NCBI GenBank assembly: GCA_030622135.1
Contig: JAUXGL010000001.1
Span: forward strand, 601-64,600
DNA: 64,000 nt
Direction of reading: 5' to 3'
DNA from: Deltaproteobacteria bacterium
Lineage (GTDB): Bacteria; Myxococcota; B64-G9
In this document: positions 36,664-46,867 of the stretch, one piece after another
How positions within the stretch are numbered: the stretch's first letter is position 1
How the letters are laid out: each line of letters opens with the position of its first letter
The notes under the pieces: model-generated
Database searches by the model: none
What the model was told of the DNA's origin: nothing
The model's input: only the letters and a program-made list of their open reading frames with translations
Position numbers and translations under genes: made by a program

Positions 36664-38769
36664 ATGGCAGACCTGAACAACCTCTTCCGCCCCCGGGGTA
36701 TCGCCATCATCGGCGCGTCCAATCGCCCGTTCACCATCGGCCACCGCATCATGGCAAATCTACAGACCTACGGTTTCAAGGGCCCCATCACCCCGGTCAA
36801 CCCCAAGGGTGGGGAGATCCTGGGCGTTCCGGTGGCCAGGTCCATAAAGGAAGTGCAGAACGACGTCGACCTGGCCCACGTCATCGTGCGCAACACCCTG
36901 GTGGCCCCGACCCTGCGCGACTGCGCCGAGAAGGGCGTGAAGGTGTGCATAATCAACACCTCCGGCTTCAAGGAGCTCAACCAGGAAGGCGCGAAGATGG
37001 AGCGGGAGATCGTCGAGATCGCCCGTGAGCTGGGCATTCGCCTCTTGGGCCCCAACTGCCAGGGGGTGATGAACACCGACTTGGAGGTGAACCTGTACTC
37101 CAACTTCACCTTCGCCAAGATGACCCCGGGCCACGTGTCCATGGTCTGTCAGGGTGGTGGTGTCGCCGAGGTAATCAACAACTACTTTGGCATGAACCAC
37201 ATCGGCCAGCGCATGTACGCTTCCCCGGGAAACGCCTGTGATATCTCCATCCCCGAGATCCTCGAGTTCTACGGCGACGATCCCGGGACCCACGTCATCG
37301 TCCTGCACCTGGAGAGCTTTGCCGATCCCCAGGAGTTTTTAGACAAGGTCCCCGCCATCACCGCCAAGAAACCCGTTCTGGCGCTCAAGTCCGGCACCAC
37401 CCCGGAGGGTGCCCGGGCGGTCTCCTCGCACACCGGTGGCCTGATGGAGCAGGACACCGTCACCGATGTGCTGTTCGACAAGTGCGGCGTCTTGCGTTTC
37501 GCCAATCTCGGCGAGCTTTGTGACACCGCCGCCGCCTTCGCCACCCAGCCGGTCCCCAGGGGCGACCGCGTGGGCATGGTTACCAACGCCGGTTCCCCCG
37601 CCATCATCGTCACCGATGGGGCGGTCAAGGCCGGCCTGAAGGTCCCCGACCTGAGCGAGTCCTCCAAGGAGTTTTTGCGGGAGAAGCTCTCGGCTATCGC
37701 CTCCATCGCCAACCCCATAGATATGATGGCCACCGCCGCGGAGGCCGAGTTCGGCGCCTCGCTCAAGATCCTGGTGGAAGACGCCAATCTCGATTCGGTG
37801 GTGGTTTGCTTCATGACCCCCTTCTTCGTCGACACTCTGGGCATTGCCAAGGCGGTGGAGACCTACGCGGCCCAGACCGACCGCACCCTGATTGCCGTGG
37901 CCATGACCGATCCCGGCGGAAAGGCGGAGTGGAGAGAGACGGTGGAGAAGGTCAGAAAGGCCGGCCTTCCGGTCTACTATTTCCCCGAGGACGCCGCCCG
38001 GGTGCTTTATCACATGAACCGTTTCCGCGCCCTCAGGGACCGCCCGCGCGAGGCCCCGCCCAGGCTGGCCGTGGACAAGAACGCGGCCCGGGGCCTGATC
38101 CAGGGCGCCCAGCGGAGCCCCGATGGTTTCATCTCCCCGGAGGACGCCGGCGCCATCCTGAAGGCCTACGGCATCAACATGGTCGCCGAGCACCGCGGCG
38201 GTACTTTCAACGACCTGAAGGCGGCCGCGGCCAAGATAGGCTACCCGGTGGTCCTGAAGGCCGAGGCTCCAACCCTGGTTCACAAGACCGAGTCTTTCGC
38301 GGTCATCTTAAACATCAAGGACGAGGCCGAGCTGAAAAAAGCCTTCGACGACCTCTATGCCCGCTTGAGGGGCGTCCTGGACTTGTCCTACCTGTTGCAG
38401 AACCAGCTAATCGGTGGCCTGGAGGTCATCGTCGGCGGCGCCCGGGCCTCCAAGTTAGGCTCCATGATCATGTTCGGCCTCGGCGGCGTGAACGTGGAGA
38501 TATTCAAGGACGTGGTCTTCAAGCTGGCTCCCCTCTGCCGTTCCGAGGCCGAGGAGATGCTTGCGGAGATCAGGTCGTCCACCCTGCTGGACGGCTTCCG
38601 CGGCCAGCCGGCGGTCGACCGCGGCGCCCTGGTCGAAATCCTGTTGAAAGTCTCCGTTCTGTTGCACGACCACCCCGAGATCGAGGAGCTTGACCTGAAC
38701 CCGGTCATGGCCTTTCCCGAAGGCCGCTCGTCCGTGGTGGTCGATGCGAGGATCAAACTGGGCAAATAG
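36664..38769 (+). CDS. ADP-forming acyl-CoA synthetase (NDP-forming; fused alpha/beta, CoA-binding + ATP-grasp)
   Basis: 701 aa; N-term RGIAIIGASNRP CoA-binding, catalytic His region, C-terminal ATP-grasp; starts 3 nt after activase stop. Confidence 0.8.
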   Translation: MADLNNLFRPRGIAIIGASNRPFTIGHRIMANLQTYGFKGPITPVNPKGGEILGVPVARSIKEVQNDVDLAHVIVRNTLVAPTLRDCAEKGVKVCIINTSGFKELNQEGAKMEREIVEIARELGIRLLGPNCQGVMNTDLEVNLYSNFTFAKMTPGHVSMVCQGGGVAEVINNYFGMNHIGQRMYASPGNACDISIPEILEFYGDDPGTHVIVLHLESFADPQEFLDKVPAITAKKPVLALKSGTTPEGARAVSSHTGGLMEQDTVTDVLFDKCGVLRFANLGELCDTAAAFATQPVPRGDRVGMVTNAGSPAIIVTDGAVKAGLKVPDLSESSKEFLREKLSAIASIANPIDMMATAAEAEFGASLKILVEDANLDSVVVCFMTPFFVDTLGIAKAVETYAAQTDRTLIAVAMTDPGGKAEWRETVEKVRKAGLPVYYFPEDAARVLYHMNRFRALRDRPREAPPRLAVDKNAARGLIQGAQRSPDGFISPEDAGAILKAYGINMVAEHRGGTFNDLKAAAAKIGYPVVLKAEAPTLVHKTESFAVILNIKDEAELKKAFDDLYARLRGVLDLSYLLQNQLIGGLEVIVGGARASKLGSMIMFGLGGVNVEIFKDVVFKLAPLCRSEAEEMLAEIRSSTLLDGFRGQPAVDRGALVEILLKVSVLLHDHPEIEELDLNPVMAFPEGRSSVVVDARIKLGK

Positions 38770-38776
38770 AGGTGTT

Positions 38777-40321
38777 ATGGCGAACTGGCTGAACCTGGGC
38801 GAGATGCTGAGACAAAACGCTCACAAGTACCCCGAGACGATCTGTCTCATGGACCGCGAAAGGTCTTTCACCTTTCCCCAGTCCAACCGGCGCGCCTGCC
38901 GCCTGGCCCACGGTTTAATGTCTTTAGGGTTGAAGAAGGGCGACCGGGTCTCTTGCCTTTTGGAGAACTGCATCGAGTTCGTGGAAATCTACCTGGCCTG
39001 CGCCAAGGTCGGCATCGTGGTGAACCCGATCAACTTCCGCGTTTCCCCGCGGGACGCTCTTTTCATCGCCAACCACGCCGAGGCCCAGGCCTTCATCGTC
39101 CACGACATCTTCACCGACACCGTCGACGGCATCCGCCGGGACTTGATTGTTCCCCAGGATCGCTGCGTGGTCGTGGGTAAGGAAAAAGACGGCTACATTC
39201 CCTACGAAACCCTGATCGACCCAGGCGACTCCTCCGAACCCCAGGTGGAACTGAAACCGTCGGACCCCTGGATCCTCCTCTACACCTCCGGCACCACCGG
39301 TCGCCCCAAGGGGGTGATGAGGTCTCACGAGTCTTACGTGGCGTTTTATTTAATCAACGCGATAGACTTCGATTTTCGCCCCGGCGACCGCGTACTGAAC
39401 ATGATGCCCCTGTGTCATGTCAACACAACCTTCTTTACCTTCACCTTCACTTACATCGGCGGCACGACCTACGTGGCCCCCGCCATGGGCTTCGACCCCA
39501 AGAAGATGTTGCAGATCGTCGGGGACGCCGGGATCAACTTCATATCTCTCATTCCCACCCACTACGCCCTGATTTTGGCCGTACCCGAGGAAGAGAGAGC
39601 GAAATACGACGTCTCCAGCATCAAGAAGCTCCTGTGCTCCTCGGCCCCCGCGAGGATCGAGCACAAGCATGGCATCATGAAGTACATGCAGGGCGTCCAA
39701 CTCTACGAAGGCTACGGCTCGACCGAGGCCGGCATCGTGACCACGTTGATGCCCGACGAGCAGCTGACCAAGCCCGGCTCAATCGGCAAGGAGTCTTTGG
39801 GCACCGACCGCGTAAAGATCCTCGACGAGGAAAAACAAGAGCTCCCCCGCGGCCAGATCGGCGAACTGTACTCCCGCGGCCCCATGATGTTCGACGGCTA
39901 CTACAAGGACCCCGAAAAAACCACCAAGTCATTCGCCGGCGAATGGTTCTCCGCCGGCGACATGGCCTACCAGGATGAGGACGGCTATTTCTTCTTAGTC
40001 GATCGCAAGCACAACATGATAATCACCGGCGGCGAGCACGTCTTTCCCTCCGAAGTCGAGAACGTACTCTGCCAGCACGAAACGGTCCTAGACGCCGCCG
40101 TAATCGGCGTCCCCCATGACAAATGGGGCGAATCGGTCCACGCCGTAGTGATATTAAAGGAAGGCTGCTCCTGCCGCGACCAGGATCTGATGGACTTCTG
40201 CCGCGACCGCTTAGCCGGTTTCAAGCGCCCCAAGACCGTCCAATTCATCGCCCTTGACGAAATGCCCCGCACCGCCACCGGCAAGATCCTCCACCGCATC
40301 CTGCGCGAACGCTGTTCTTAA
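38777..40321 (+). CDS. AMP-dependent acyl-CoA synthetase/ligase
   Basis: Preferred ATG 38777; AMP-binding motif LYTSGTTGRPKGV, YGSTE, C-terminal GKI lysine region. Confidence 0.85.
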   Translation: MANWLNLGEMLRQNAHKYPETICLMDRERSFTFPQSNRRACRLAHGLMSLGLKKGDRVSCLLENCIEFVEIYLACAKVGIVVNPINFRVSPRDALFIANHAEAQAFIVHDIFTDTVDGIRRDLIVPQDRCVVVGKEKDGYIPYETLIDPGDSSEPQVELKPSDPWILLYTSGTTGRPKGVMRSHESYVAFYLINAIDFDFRPGDRVLNMMPLCHVNTTFFTFTFTYIGGTTYVAPAMGFDPKKMLQIVGDAGINFISLIPTHYALILAVPEEERAKYDVSSIKKLLCSSAPARIEHKHGIMKYMQGVQLYEGYGSTEAGIVTTLMPDEQLTKPGSIGKESLGTDRVKILDEEKQELPRGQIGELYSRGPMMFDGYYKDPEKTTKSFAGEWFSAGDMAYQDEDGYFFLVDRKHNMIITGGEHVFPSEVENVLCQHETVLDAAVIGVPHDKWGESVHAVVILKEGCSCRDQDLMDFCRDRLAGFKRPKTVQFIALDEMPRTATGKILHRILRERCS

Positions 40322-40493
40322 GGGGTTAGAATGGGAGCTACCGCCGTGCCCTGACACCCGTTTTTGGGCCGTCGACAATGACCTCGATGATCAAGATTGC
40401 GTGCGTGCCGGGTGAGCATGGTGAAAGAATAGCATTTTCTAAGACTGCATGGTAGGAATGACGCTATTGGTAATATAAGCAAGGAGGTTATTC

Positions 40494-41795
40494 ATGCGAC
40501 GGAAAATGTTCGTACTGGCTATGTTGTTGGCACTTGGATTCGTCTTTGGATGCAGCTCCGGCGGCGGCCCGGTGAAGCTCGAGAACATCTGCGAGGAGAT
40601 GAAGGCGGCCATGTGTAGTTACCTCAAGAGATGCGATATCGAGTGGTTTCTCCAGGTCGCGACACATGAGACCTGCGACCAGATGATAAAATGCGACGAT
40701 GATGATATGGAGTTCGATGAGATGACCAAGGCGGTGGAGGCGGGGAGGATGGCATACGACGCGGACCTGGCCGGCAAGTGCCTGCGGCTCATTCGCACGG
40801 CCGAGTGTGCCGATGTCGAGGGGATCTTCGAGAACATGTCGGAAGAGTGCGAGAATGTCTTCTCCGGCCTGGTCGCCCAGGACGGAGATTGCTATCAGGA
40901 GGAAGAGTGCGCCGGGGGCCTCTACTGTGACGAGACCGTGTCGGAGTGCCCGGGCCAGTGTCAGCCGTACCAAGGCCTCGGGGATACATGCGACGACAGC
41001 AGCGAATGCGATCCGGATGCCGCCGACTGCAATTGGCAGGAAGGCGTCTGTGTGGAACTGGTCGGCACGGGGGAGAACTGCGATTACGTCGACTGCGCGG
41101 CGGGGCTGGTGTGCGACCACAACAGCAAACCGGCGGTCTGCCTTGCTCCGGCTCCGGAGGGGTCCGACTGCACGTCCTCCCGCGGTTGTCTGGGTGGGCT
41201 GCAGTGCGTGGACGGGAAATGCGCCGGCCCGGCGGGCGCGGGACAGGAATGCAACATCGGCGAGGGTTTCGAGAGATTCATGGGATTCATGTTTGCCTGC
41301 GAGCTGGGCTACTACTGCGACGCGGATGTTTTCCTGCAGCAGAGCAGCGGCACTTGCCAGTCCAAGAAGGCCTCGGGATCGGAATGCATCCTTTTCCACG
41401 AATGCAACTCCGGCCTGCTGTGCATCGGCATGCAGATAAACGAGCAGACCTTCAAGGTCATTCCGGGATCGTGCGGAAAGCCGCTCGAGGCGGGGGCGTC
41501 GTGCAACCCCGATTTCGAGTTTCCCGAATGCGACTGGGATCTCTACTGCGACGGGCATACCTCGGTCTGCACCGTCTTCCCGGGCATCGGCGATCCTTGC
41601 GTCTACGGAAATGACCCCGGGTGTTTCGGCGGCGATCTCTACTGCGATTCTTTGGCGTTGGGCGTACCCGGAGTCTGCCAGCAGAAGAAGCCGGACGGCT
41701 CCGACTGCACGACCTACGAGGAGTGCCAAAGCCACAACTGCGACATCGACGGCACCGATACCTGCCTGCCGGATGAGCGCTGTACCGCGCCGTAA
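40494..41795 (+). CDS. Cys-rich secreted lipoprotein, hypothetical
   Basis: Signal + lipobox MRRKMFVLAMLLALGFVFGC; about 50 Cys in recurring CxxGLxCD/ GxCQ patterns. Confidence 0.6.
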   Translation: MRRKMFVLAMLLALGFVFGCSSGGGPVKLENICEEMKAAMCSYLKRCDIEWFLQVATHETCDQMIKCDDDDMEFDEMTKAVEAGRMAYDADLAGKCLRLIRTAECADVEGIFENMSEECENVFSGLVAQDGDCYQEEECAGGLYCDETVSECPGQCQPYQGLGDTCDDSSECDPDAADCNWQEGVCVELVGTGENCDYVDCAAGLVCDHNSKPAVCLAPAPEGSDCTSSRGCLGGLQCVDGKCAGPAGAGQECNIGEGFERFMGFMFACELGYYCDADVFLQQSSGTCQSKKASGSECILFHECNSGLLCIGMQINEQTFKVIPGSCGKPLEAGASCNPDFEFPECDWDLYCDGHTSVCTVFPGIGDPCVYGNDPGCFGGDLYCDSLALGVPGVCQQKKPDGSDCTTYEECQSHNCDIDGTDTCLPDERCTAP

Positions 41796-41816
41796 AACCA
41801 ACCGGGGGAGAACGCC

Positions 41817-42839
41817 GTGAAGAAGCCCATCCGAGTGCTGGTCGTGGACGACTCGATAATCTGCCGCGAGGCGATCGCCATCTTGTTGAACCAGGCTCCG
41901 GACATCGACGTGGTGGGCAAGGCCGCCGACGGGCGAGAGGCCATCGACCTCAACCGGCAACTGAGGCCGGACATCATTACCATGGACGCCAAGATGCCCG
42001 GGGTGGACGGGTTCGCCGCTATCTCCGAGATCATGGCCAGCCAGCCGGTTCCCATTGTTATGGTGACTGGTTATCTAACCGCCGAGGGCGCCGGCATGAC
42101 CTTGAAGGCCCTGGCCCTGGGCGCATTGGACATCATGGAGAAGCCCGAGTTCGATGGCTCGCTGGCCTCCACGCTCCGCGAGAAGGTGAGACTGCTGGCC
42201 GGCGTCCCGGTATACAAGCGCGAACCCAAGAAGCAGCGGGAATACACGGTTATGACCACCAACGTGGAGGGCCGGGCGTCCAAGATCGTCGGCATCGTCT
42301 CTTCCACCGGCGGTCCCAAGGCGCTCTTGGAGATCCTGGCCCCCCTGCCCAAGAAGTTCAAGAGCTGCATCTTGGTTACCCAGCGCCTTCCCAAGGGATT
42401 CTCCACCGGTTTTGCCGAGTGGCTCAACGCCGAGGTGTCCCTGGAGGTTCGCGAGGCCAAGGACGGCGATCGCATCGAGCCGGGCAAGGTTCTAGTGGCC
42501 CCCAGCGGTTGCCACCTGGTCCTGCGATCGCGTGATCGGATCGCCCTGTCCGACGAACCGATGGTCGACGGCCACCGGCCCTCCGGTTCCATGATGTTCA
42601 AGTCCATCGCCCGCCGTTGCGCCAGAGACTCCATCGGAATCGTTCTCTCCGGTATCGGCGTGGACGGCGCCTCCGGCCTGCGCGAGCTGAGACAATCCGG
42701 CGGCTTCTGTCTGGCCCAGAACGAAACCAGCAGCCTCTTCTTCGACATGCCCAAGGCCGCCATCGAAGCCGGCGCCGTAAACGAGATCCTCGACATCGGA
42801 GAAATAGCCGGCTTTCTCCTCATCTGCGCCGAATCCTGA
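41817..42839 (+). CDS. cheB: Chemotaxis response regulator protein-glutamate methylesterase CheB
   Basis: GTG start; REC domain (VVDDS...D...MPGVDG) + CheB methylesterase (GIVSSTGGPKAL). No other che genes nearby. Confidence 0.85.
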   Translation: MKKPIRVLVVDDSIICREAIAILLNQAPDIDVVGKAADGREAIDLNRQLRPDIITMDAKMPGVDGFAAISEIMASQPVPIVMVTGYLTAEGAGMTLKALALGALDIMEKPEFDGSLASTLREKVRLLAGVPVYKREPKKQREYTVMTTNVEGRASKIVGIVSSTGGPKALLEILAPLPKKFKSCILVTQRLPKGFSTGFAEWLNAEVSLEVREAKDGDRIEPGKVLVAPSGCHLVLRSRDRIALSDEPMVDGHRPSGSMMFKSIARRCARDSIGIVLSGIGVDGASGLRELRQSGGFCLAQNETSSLFFDMPKAAIEAGAVNEILDIGEIAGFLLICAES

Positions 42840-42910
42840 TTTCCACCAATTATCGGCGACGTGCGGGCCGAGCCGCTCTTGCGGTGACTACTACGCCCGC
42901 ACCTAAGGTC

Positions 42911-43585
42911 TCACCGGCCCAGGGGTTTGTAGAATTCCATGCCGCCGCGGTGGCGCAGGATGCTCCGGACCAGGCCCTGGAAATCTTCCTCCGAGTCCGC
43001 TACGTTTATATCCGAGGTATCAACCACCAGAAGCGGTGTATCGGAGTAGTGGAAGAAGTAGTCGTTGTAGGTGGAAGCCAGGCGCTTGAGGTAGTCGGGA
43101 TCGAAGTTTTGCTCGAACGCTCGCCCGCGCCGCTTTATCCGGTCCAGCAGCATCTCGATGCGGGCCTGCAGGTAGACCACCAGGTCGGGTTTGAGCACCC
43201 GCGTGTCCAGGATCTGAAAGACCTGATCGTAGAGCAGCATTTCGTTGTCGGAGAGGGTTAGCTGGGCGAATATCCGGTCCTTGGAGAAAATGTAGTCGCT
43301 GAAGATGTACCGGTGGAACAGGTCGGGCTGCCAGAGATCTTGCTGCTGGCGGTATCGGCTCAACAGAAAGAAGAGCTGGGTCTGGAAGGCTAACTTTTCC
43401 TGGTTTTGGTAGAAGTCGGGAAGAAAGGGGTTTTCCTCCACCACCTCCACCACCGTCTTGGCGGGGAAGTGATCGGCCAGTCGCTGAACCAGCGTGGTTT
43501 TTCCCACCCCGATGGGACCTTCTACCGCGATGTAGGTAGGTCGGGCGGTGGTCTCCGGAGTGGCTTTCTGCCTGGCTTTTTTCAT
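42911..43585 (-). CDS. Deoxynucleoside kinase (dNK family)
   Basis: 224 aa; P-loop VEGPIGVGKTT, ERS-like and Arg-rich LID typical of dAK/dGK/dCK. Confidence 0.8.
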   Translation of the reverse strand: MKKARQKATPETTARPTYIAVEGPIGVGKTTLVQRLADHFPAKTVVEVVEENPFLPDFYQNQEKLAFQTQLFFLLSRYRQQQDLWQPDLFHRYIFSDYIFSKDRIFAQLTLSDNEMLLYDQVFQILDTRVLKPDLVVYLQARIEMLLDRIKRRGRAFEQNFDPDYLKRLASTYNDYFFHYSDTPLLVVDTSDINVADSEEDFQGLVRSILRHRGGMEFYKPLGR

Positions 43586-44226
43586 AGCTTCTCGAGTTTT
43601 TTCTCGATCAGGTGAATGAAGGTCTGCTTGCCGTCCGGGGAGCGGATGTCGAGCTTCTCCACGTTAACGCGGGTCACCGGGATGGAGTACTTCTTCTTAC
43701 AGACCTGTCCGAAGGTCGAATAATAAGCGTTCAGGCCGGTGATGAACTGCTTGTCGATGCTGCGTTCTTCCTCTCGCCCGCGGGTGCGGATCCGCTTGAG
43801 CAGCGTTTCGACGTTATCGACCTCGAGAATGACGATCAGATCGGGTTGCCTGATGTCGCGGTTGAGCTGGTCGAAATACTCGAAGTACAGGTCCAGCTCT
43901 CGGTTGTCCATGAATCCCAGGCCGTGCAGGTATTTGGCGAAGATCTCCGGATCTTCGTACAGGGTGCGATCCTGGATGCAGTTTTTGGGCACTCGGCGAA
44001 TGAGTTTGTGATGTTCCACTCGTTTGATTAGGAACTCCAGTTGCAGGGTGAACGACCAGCGCTGCATGTCGGCGTAGTAGTCCTTCAAGAATCGGTTGTC
44101 GATGACCGGTTCGTCGAATAACTCGAAGCCCAGGTTTTGGCTCACCAGCTTCGCGGCGGTGGTCTTGCCGCATCCGATGTTGCCAGCCATGGAGATAAAG
44201 AGCTTGTCGTGCAAGGGATGGTCCAA
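43582..44226 (-). CDS. Deoxynucleoside kinase (dNK family), tandem paralog
   Basis: 214 aa; P-loop MAGNIGCGKTT; 4-nt overlap with downstream paralog. Confidence 0.8.
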   Translation of the reverse strand: MDHPLHDKLFISMAGNIGCGKTTAAKLVSQNLGFELFDEPVIDNRFLKDYYADMQRWSFTLQLEFLIKRVEHHKLIRRVPKNCIQDRTLYEDPEIFAKYLHGLGFMDNRELDLYFEYFDQLNRDIRQPDLIVILEVDNVETLLKRIRTRGREEERSIDKQFITGLNAYYSTFGQVCKKKYSIPVTRVNVEKLDIRSPDGKQTFIHLIEKKLEKL

Positions 44227-44417
44227 TAAAATCTCGCCCGGCCATTATATACACCCGAACAGGGAAATCAATATCGCCCTCAGCCCATAATCTCCCAGCC
44301 CATTTCCGGTCGATCCCAACACCCTTTTCGGGCATTACCGGTGAATTGGGGTGGGTCCTAGAGAAGTTGCATCCTCCCGAGGGATTGCCTATAATTTCTT
44401 GGGATTACGTGTAGTTG

Positions 44418-46778
44418 ATGAAGGTGGTGAGGGTGGCGAACGAATCAGACGATCGTCGGGGGCATTTGCGTGTTCCCGTGAACTTGCTGGTGCGGGTCAA
44501 GTACGAGCAGGTGGGTGAATTCATGGTTCACTTTGCCACCAACATCAGCTCGGGCGGGGTATTTCTCCAGAGCCGGAAGCCCTACAAGAAGGGAACCCGT
44601 CTACGCTTCGAGATTCGGCTGAAGGGCGGGCAGACGATCCTGCGGGGCGAGGGGGCGGTGGCCTGGTGCCGTGGACCTTCCGAGGGGGAGGATAAGCCCC
44701 AGGTGCCGGGTATGGGGGTGAAGTTTGTCGCCCTGGACGATGCATCGAAGGTCCTGGTCAGAAAGATCCTCGAGATCAAGGCGGGCAAGAAGGCAACGGC
44801 GAAACCAAAACCAAAACCAAAACCAAAACCTGCCCCAGTGGACGTAGACATCGACATAGACATCGACGTGGGGGCAGAGGTTCCCGCACCCGAACAGAGT
44901 CCGACCGTCGAGGTGGGCAACGGTTTGGAGGTAGAGGCGCGGACGGGTATCGAGGTGGATATCGACGTGGATGTGGACGTCGAGGAGCCCGACGATTTCG
45001 ACGTGGACATCTCGGTGGACGACTTCGTGGATCCTGCCGAGGATCAGGTAAAGGCTGCCCGGTCGCCCACCGGGGGGGGATCCTCGCGCGTCATCGGGAT
45101 CGACCTGGGCACCACCAACTCCTGCGCTGCGGTGGTGATCGACGGAAAGCCCAAGGTGATTCCCTCCCGCAAGGGATACCGCACCATTCCCTCCATCGTG
45201 GCCTACGCCGACGACGGCCGCTTACTGGTGGGGCATTCGGCCAAGGCGCAGATGGAGTTGAACCCGCGAAACACCGTTTATAGCTCCAAGCGCCTGATCG
45301 GCCGCTCCTTCGATTCCCAGGCCGTGCAGCAGATGAAAAGCCGGTTCCACTACGAGATTATCGAGGGGCCCAAGCACGAGGCGGCCGTCCGGGTGGCGGG
45401 AAGGACCTTCAGTCTGCAGCAGGTGGCCGCGTTCATCCTGACCGAGATCCGCGACATCGCGCGTGACCTGCTCCAGGAAGAGGTAAACCGGGCGGTGATC
45501 ACCGTGCCGGCCTACTTCAACGAAAATCAGCGCGAGGCCGTGCGCGAGGCGGGCATCCTGGCCGGCCTCCAGGTGGAGCGTATCATTAACGAGCCGACGG
45601 CGGCGGCACTGGCCTTCGGGTACGACCGCGGCCTGGATCAGAGGATACTGGTGTACGACCTCGGTGGCGGGACCTTCGACGCCACCGTGCTCGAGCTGTG
45701 CGGCAACGTATACGAGGTGGTGTCCACCGGCGGCGACACCTTTTTAGGCGGAGTGGATTTCGACAATCAGCTGGTCGACTACCTGCTAGACGCTTTCTGT
45801 CGGGACATGGGTACGGTTCCCCAGTTGGACCGCTCTGCGGTGCAGCGGCTGCGCGACGCCGCCGAGCAGGCCAAGTGTGCCCTGAGCGAGAAGGAAGAAA
45901 CCATCGTCAGGATCCCCTTCTTCGCCGCAATCGATAACACCCCCAAGGACCTGGAGGTGCGCGTCACCCGGGTGCTTCTGGAGGACATGGTCACTCCCCT
46001 GGTGGAGCGGACCATGTTGGTGGCCACCAACGTGCTCGAGCAGGCCAAGCTGCGGCCCAAGCAGATCAACAACGTGCTGCTGGTCGGCGGACAGAGCCGC
46101 ATGCCGCTAATCTGGCGCCGGATCAAGGAGCTGTTCGACCGGGATCCCCACAAGGGTGTTCATCCCGACGAGGCGGTGGCCATCGGGGCGGCCTTGCTGG
46201 CCAATTCCCAGGGCAAGATCGACAGTGTGGTTCTTATAGATGTCCTGCCGGTGAGCATCGGAATCGGAATCCCCGGCGGGCGCTTCATGCGGGTGCTCGA
46301 GGGCGGGACCGCCCTGCCCACCACCAAGACCTACACGATCCGGACGTTCAAGGACGACCAGGACACGCTGGAACTAGCCGTTTTTCAGGGAGAAAGCGAC
46401 CGGGTGGTGGACAACGAGTACCTGGGGACGATGACCATATCCGGCATCACCAAGGCCCCCAAGGGTGCTGTGCAACTGGAGATCACCTTTTCCCTCGACC
46501 AGGAATGCCTGTTGAAAGTATCTTCCCGGGAACTTCAGTCGGGAAAGATCACCGAGACCCAGATGGGCGTCAAAGATACAGAGGACATCATTCGCAAGAA
46601 GCTCAAGATCCCCGAGAGCGAGATCAGCATGCGGAAGTACGGAGTCCCCCGATCGTTACGCCAGGCCGATAAAAAGCAACCGGTTGTTAGGAAGCAGCCG
46701 GGAGAAAAGGAGACAGAGGGGGAAAACTCCAAGGAAAAAGGAGGGCTTCTGGGTAAGCTGTTCGGGCGCAAGAAATAG
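44418..46778 (+). CDS. PilZ-domain / Hsp70 (DnaK-like) fusion protein with low-complexity KP and DVDID linker
   Basis: N-terminal PilZ-like ([14 protein letters not shown]...ISSGGVFL, RxxxR...D/NxSxGG). Linker (KP)n and (DID/DVD)n. From [12 protein letters not shown] onward, Hsp70 NBD motifs (DLGGGTFD) and an SBD-like region. Confidence 0.8.
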   Translation: MKVVRVANESDDRRGHLRVPVNLLVRVKYEQVGEFMVHFATNISSGGVFLQSRKPYKKGTRLRFEIRLKGGQTILRGEGAVAWCRGPSEGEDKPQVPGMGVKFVALDDASKVLVRKILEIKAGKKATAKPKPKPKPKPAPVDVDIDIDIDVGAEVPAPEQSPTVEVGNGLEVEARTGIEVDIDVDVDVEEPDDFDVDISVDDFVDPAEDQVKAARSPTGGGSSRVIGIDLGTTNSCAAVVIDGKPKVIPSRKGYRTIPSIVAYADDGRLLVGHSAKAQMELNPRNTVYSSKRLIGRSFDSQAVQQMKSRFHYEIIEGPKHEAAVRVAGRTFSLQQVAAFILTEIRDIARDLLQEEVNRAVITVPAYFNENQREAVREAGILAGLQVERIINEPTAAALAFGYDRGLDQRILVYDLGGGTFDATVLELCGNVYEVVSTGGDTFLGGVDFDNQLVDYLLDAFCRDMGTVPQLDRSAVQRLRDAAEQAKCALSEKEETIVRIPFFAAIDNTPKDLEVRVTRVLLEDMVTPLVERTMLVATNVLEQAKLRPKQINNVLLVGGQSRMPLIWRRIKELFDRDPHKGVHPDEAVAIGAALLANSQGKIDSVVLIDVLPVSIGIGIPGGRFMRVLEGGTALPTTKTYTIRTFKDDQDTLELAVFQGESDRVVDNEYLGTMTISGITKAPKGAVQLEITFSLDQECLLKVSSRELQSGKITETQMGVKDTEDIIRKKLKIPESEISMRKYGVPRSLRQADKKQPVVRKQPGEKETEGENSKEKGGLLGKLFGRKK
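44803..45010 (+). repeat. Coding microsatellite-like repeats (aaacca)n and (gacatc/gacgtg)n inside the PilZ-Hsp70 linker
   Basis: aaaccaaaaccaaaaccaaaacc and gacatcgacatagacatcgac / gtggatatcgacgtggatgtggacgtc seen directly. Confidence 0.7.
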
Positions 46779-46867
46779 GCAATCAGGTTGAATGCGGAGG
46801 GGTGTCAAGCTGGTCCAAGTAGAGAAAAGGTGGTACTGAAATATTGGAGGAGTAAGGAGGTACAGGC

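Noticed and set aside
40488-41960. 490-aa minus-strand ORF overlapping the Cys-rich lipoprotein gene
   Set aside because: Antisense shadow ORF with an Ala/Arg/Gly-rich translation; the plus-strand gene has a signal peptide and lipobox.
44803-45010. Short tandem DNA repeats that could suggest a CRISPR-like array or VNTR
   Set aside because: They are in-frame coding repeats forming the KP/DVDID linker of the PilZ-Hsp70 protein; no spacer-repeat structure.
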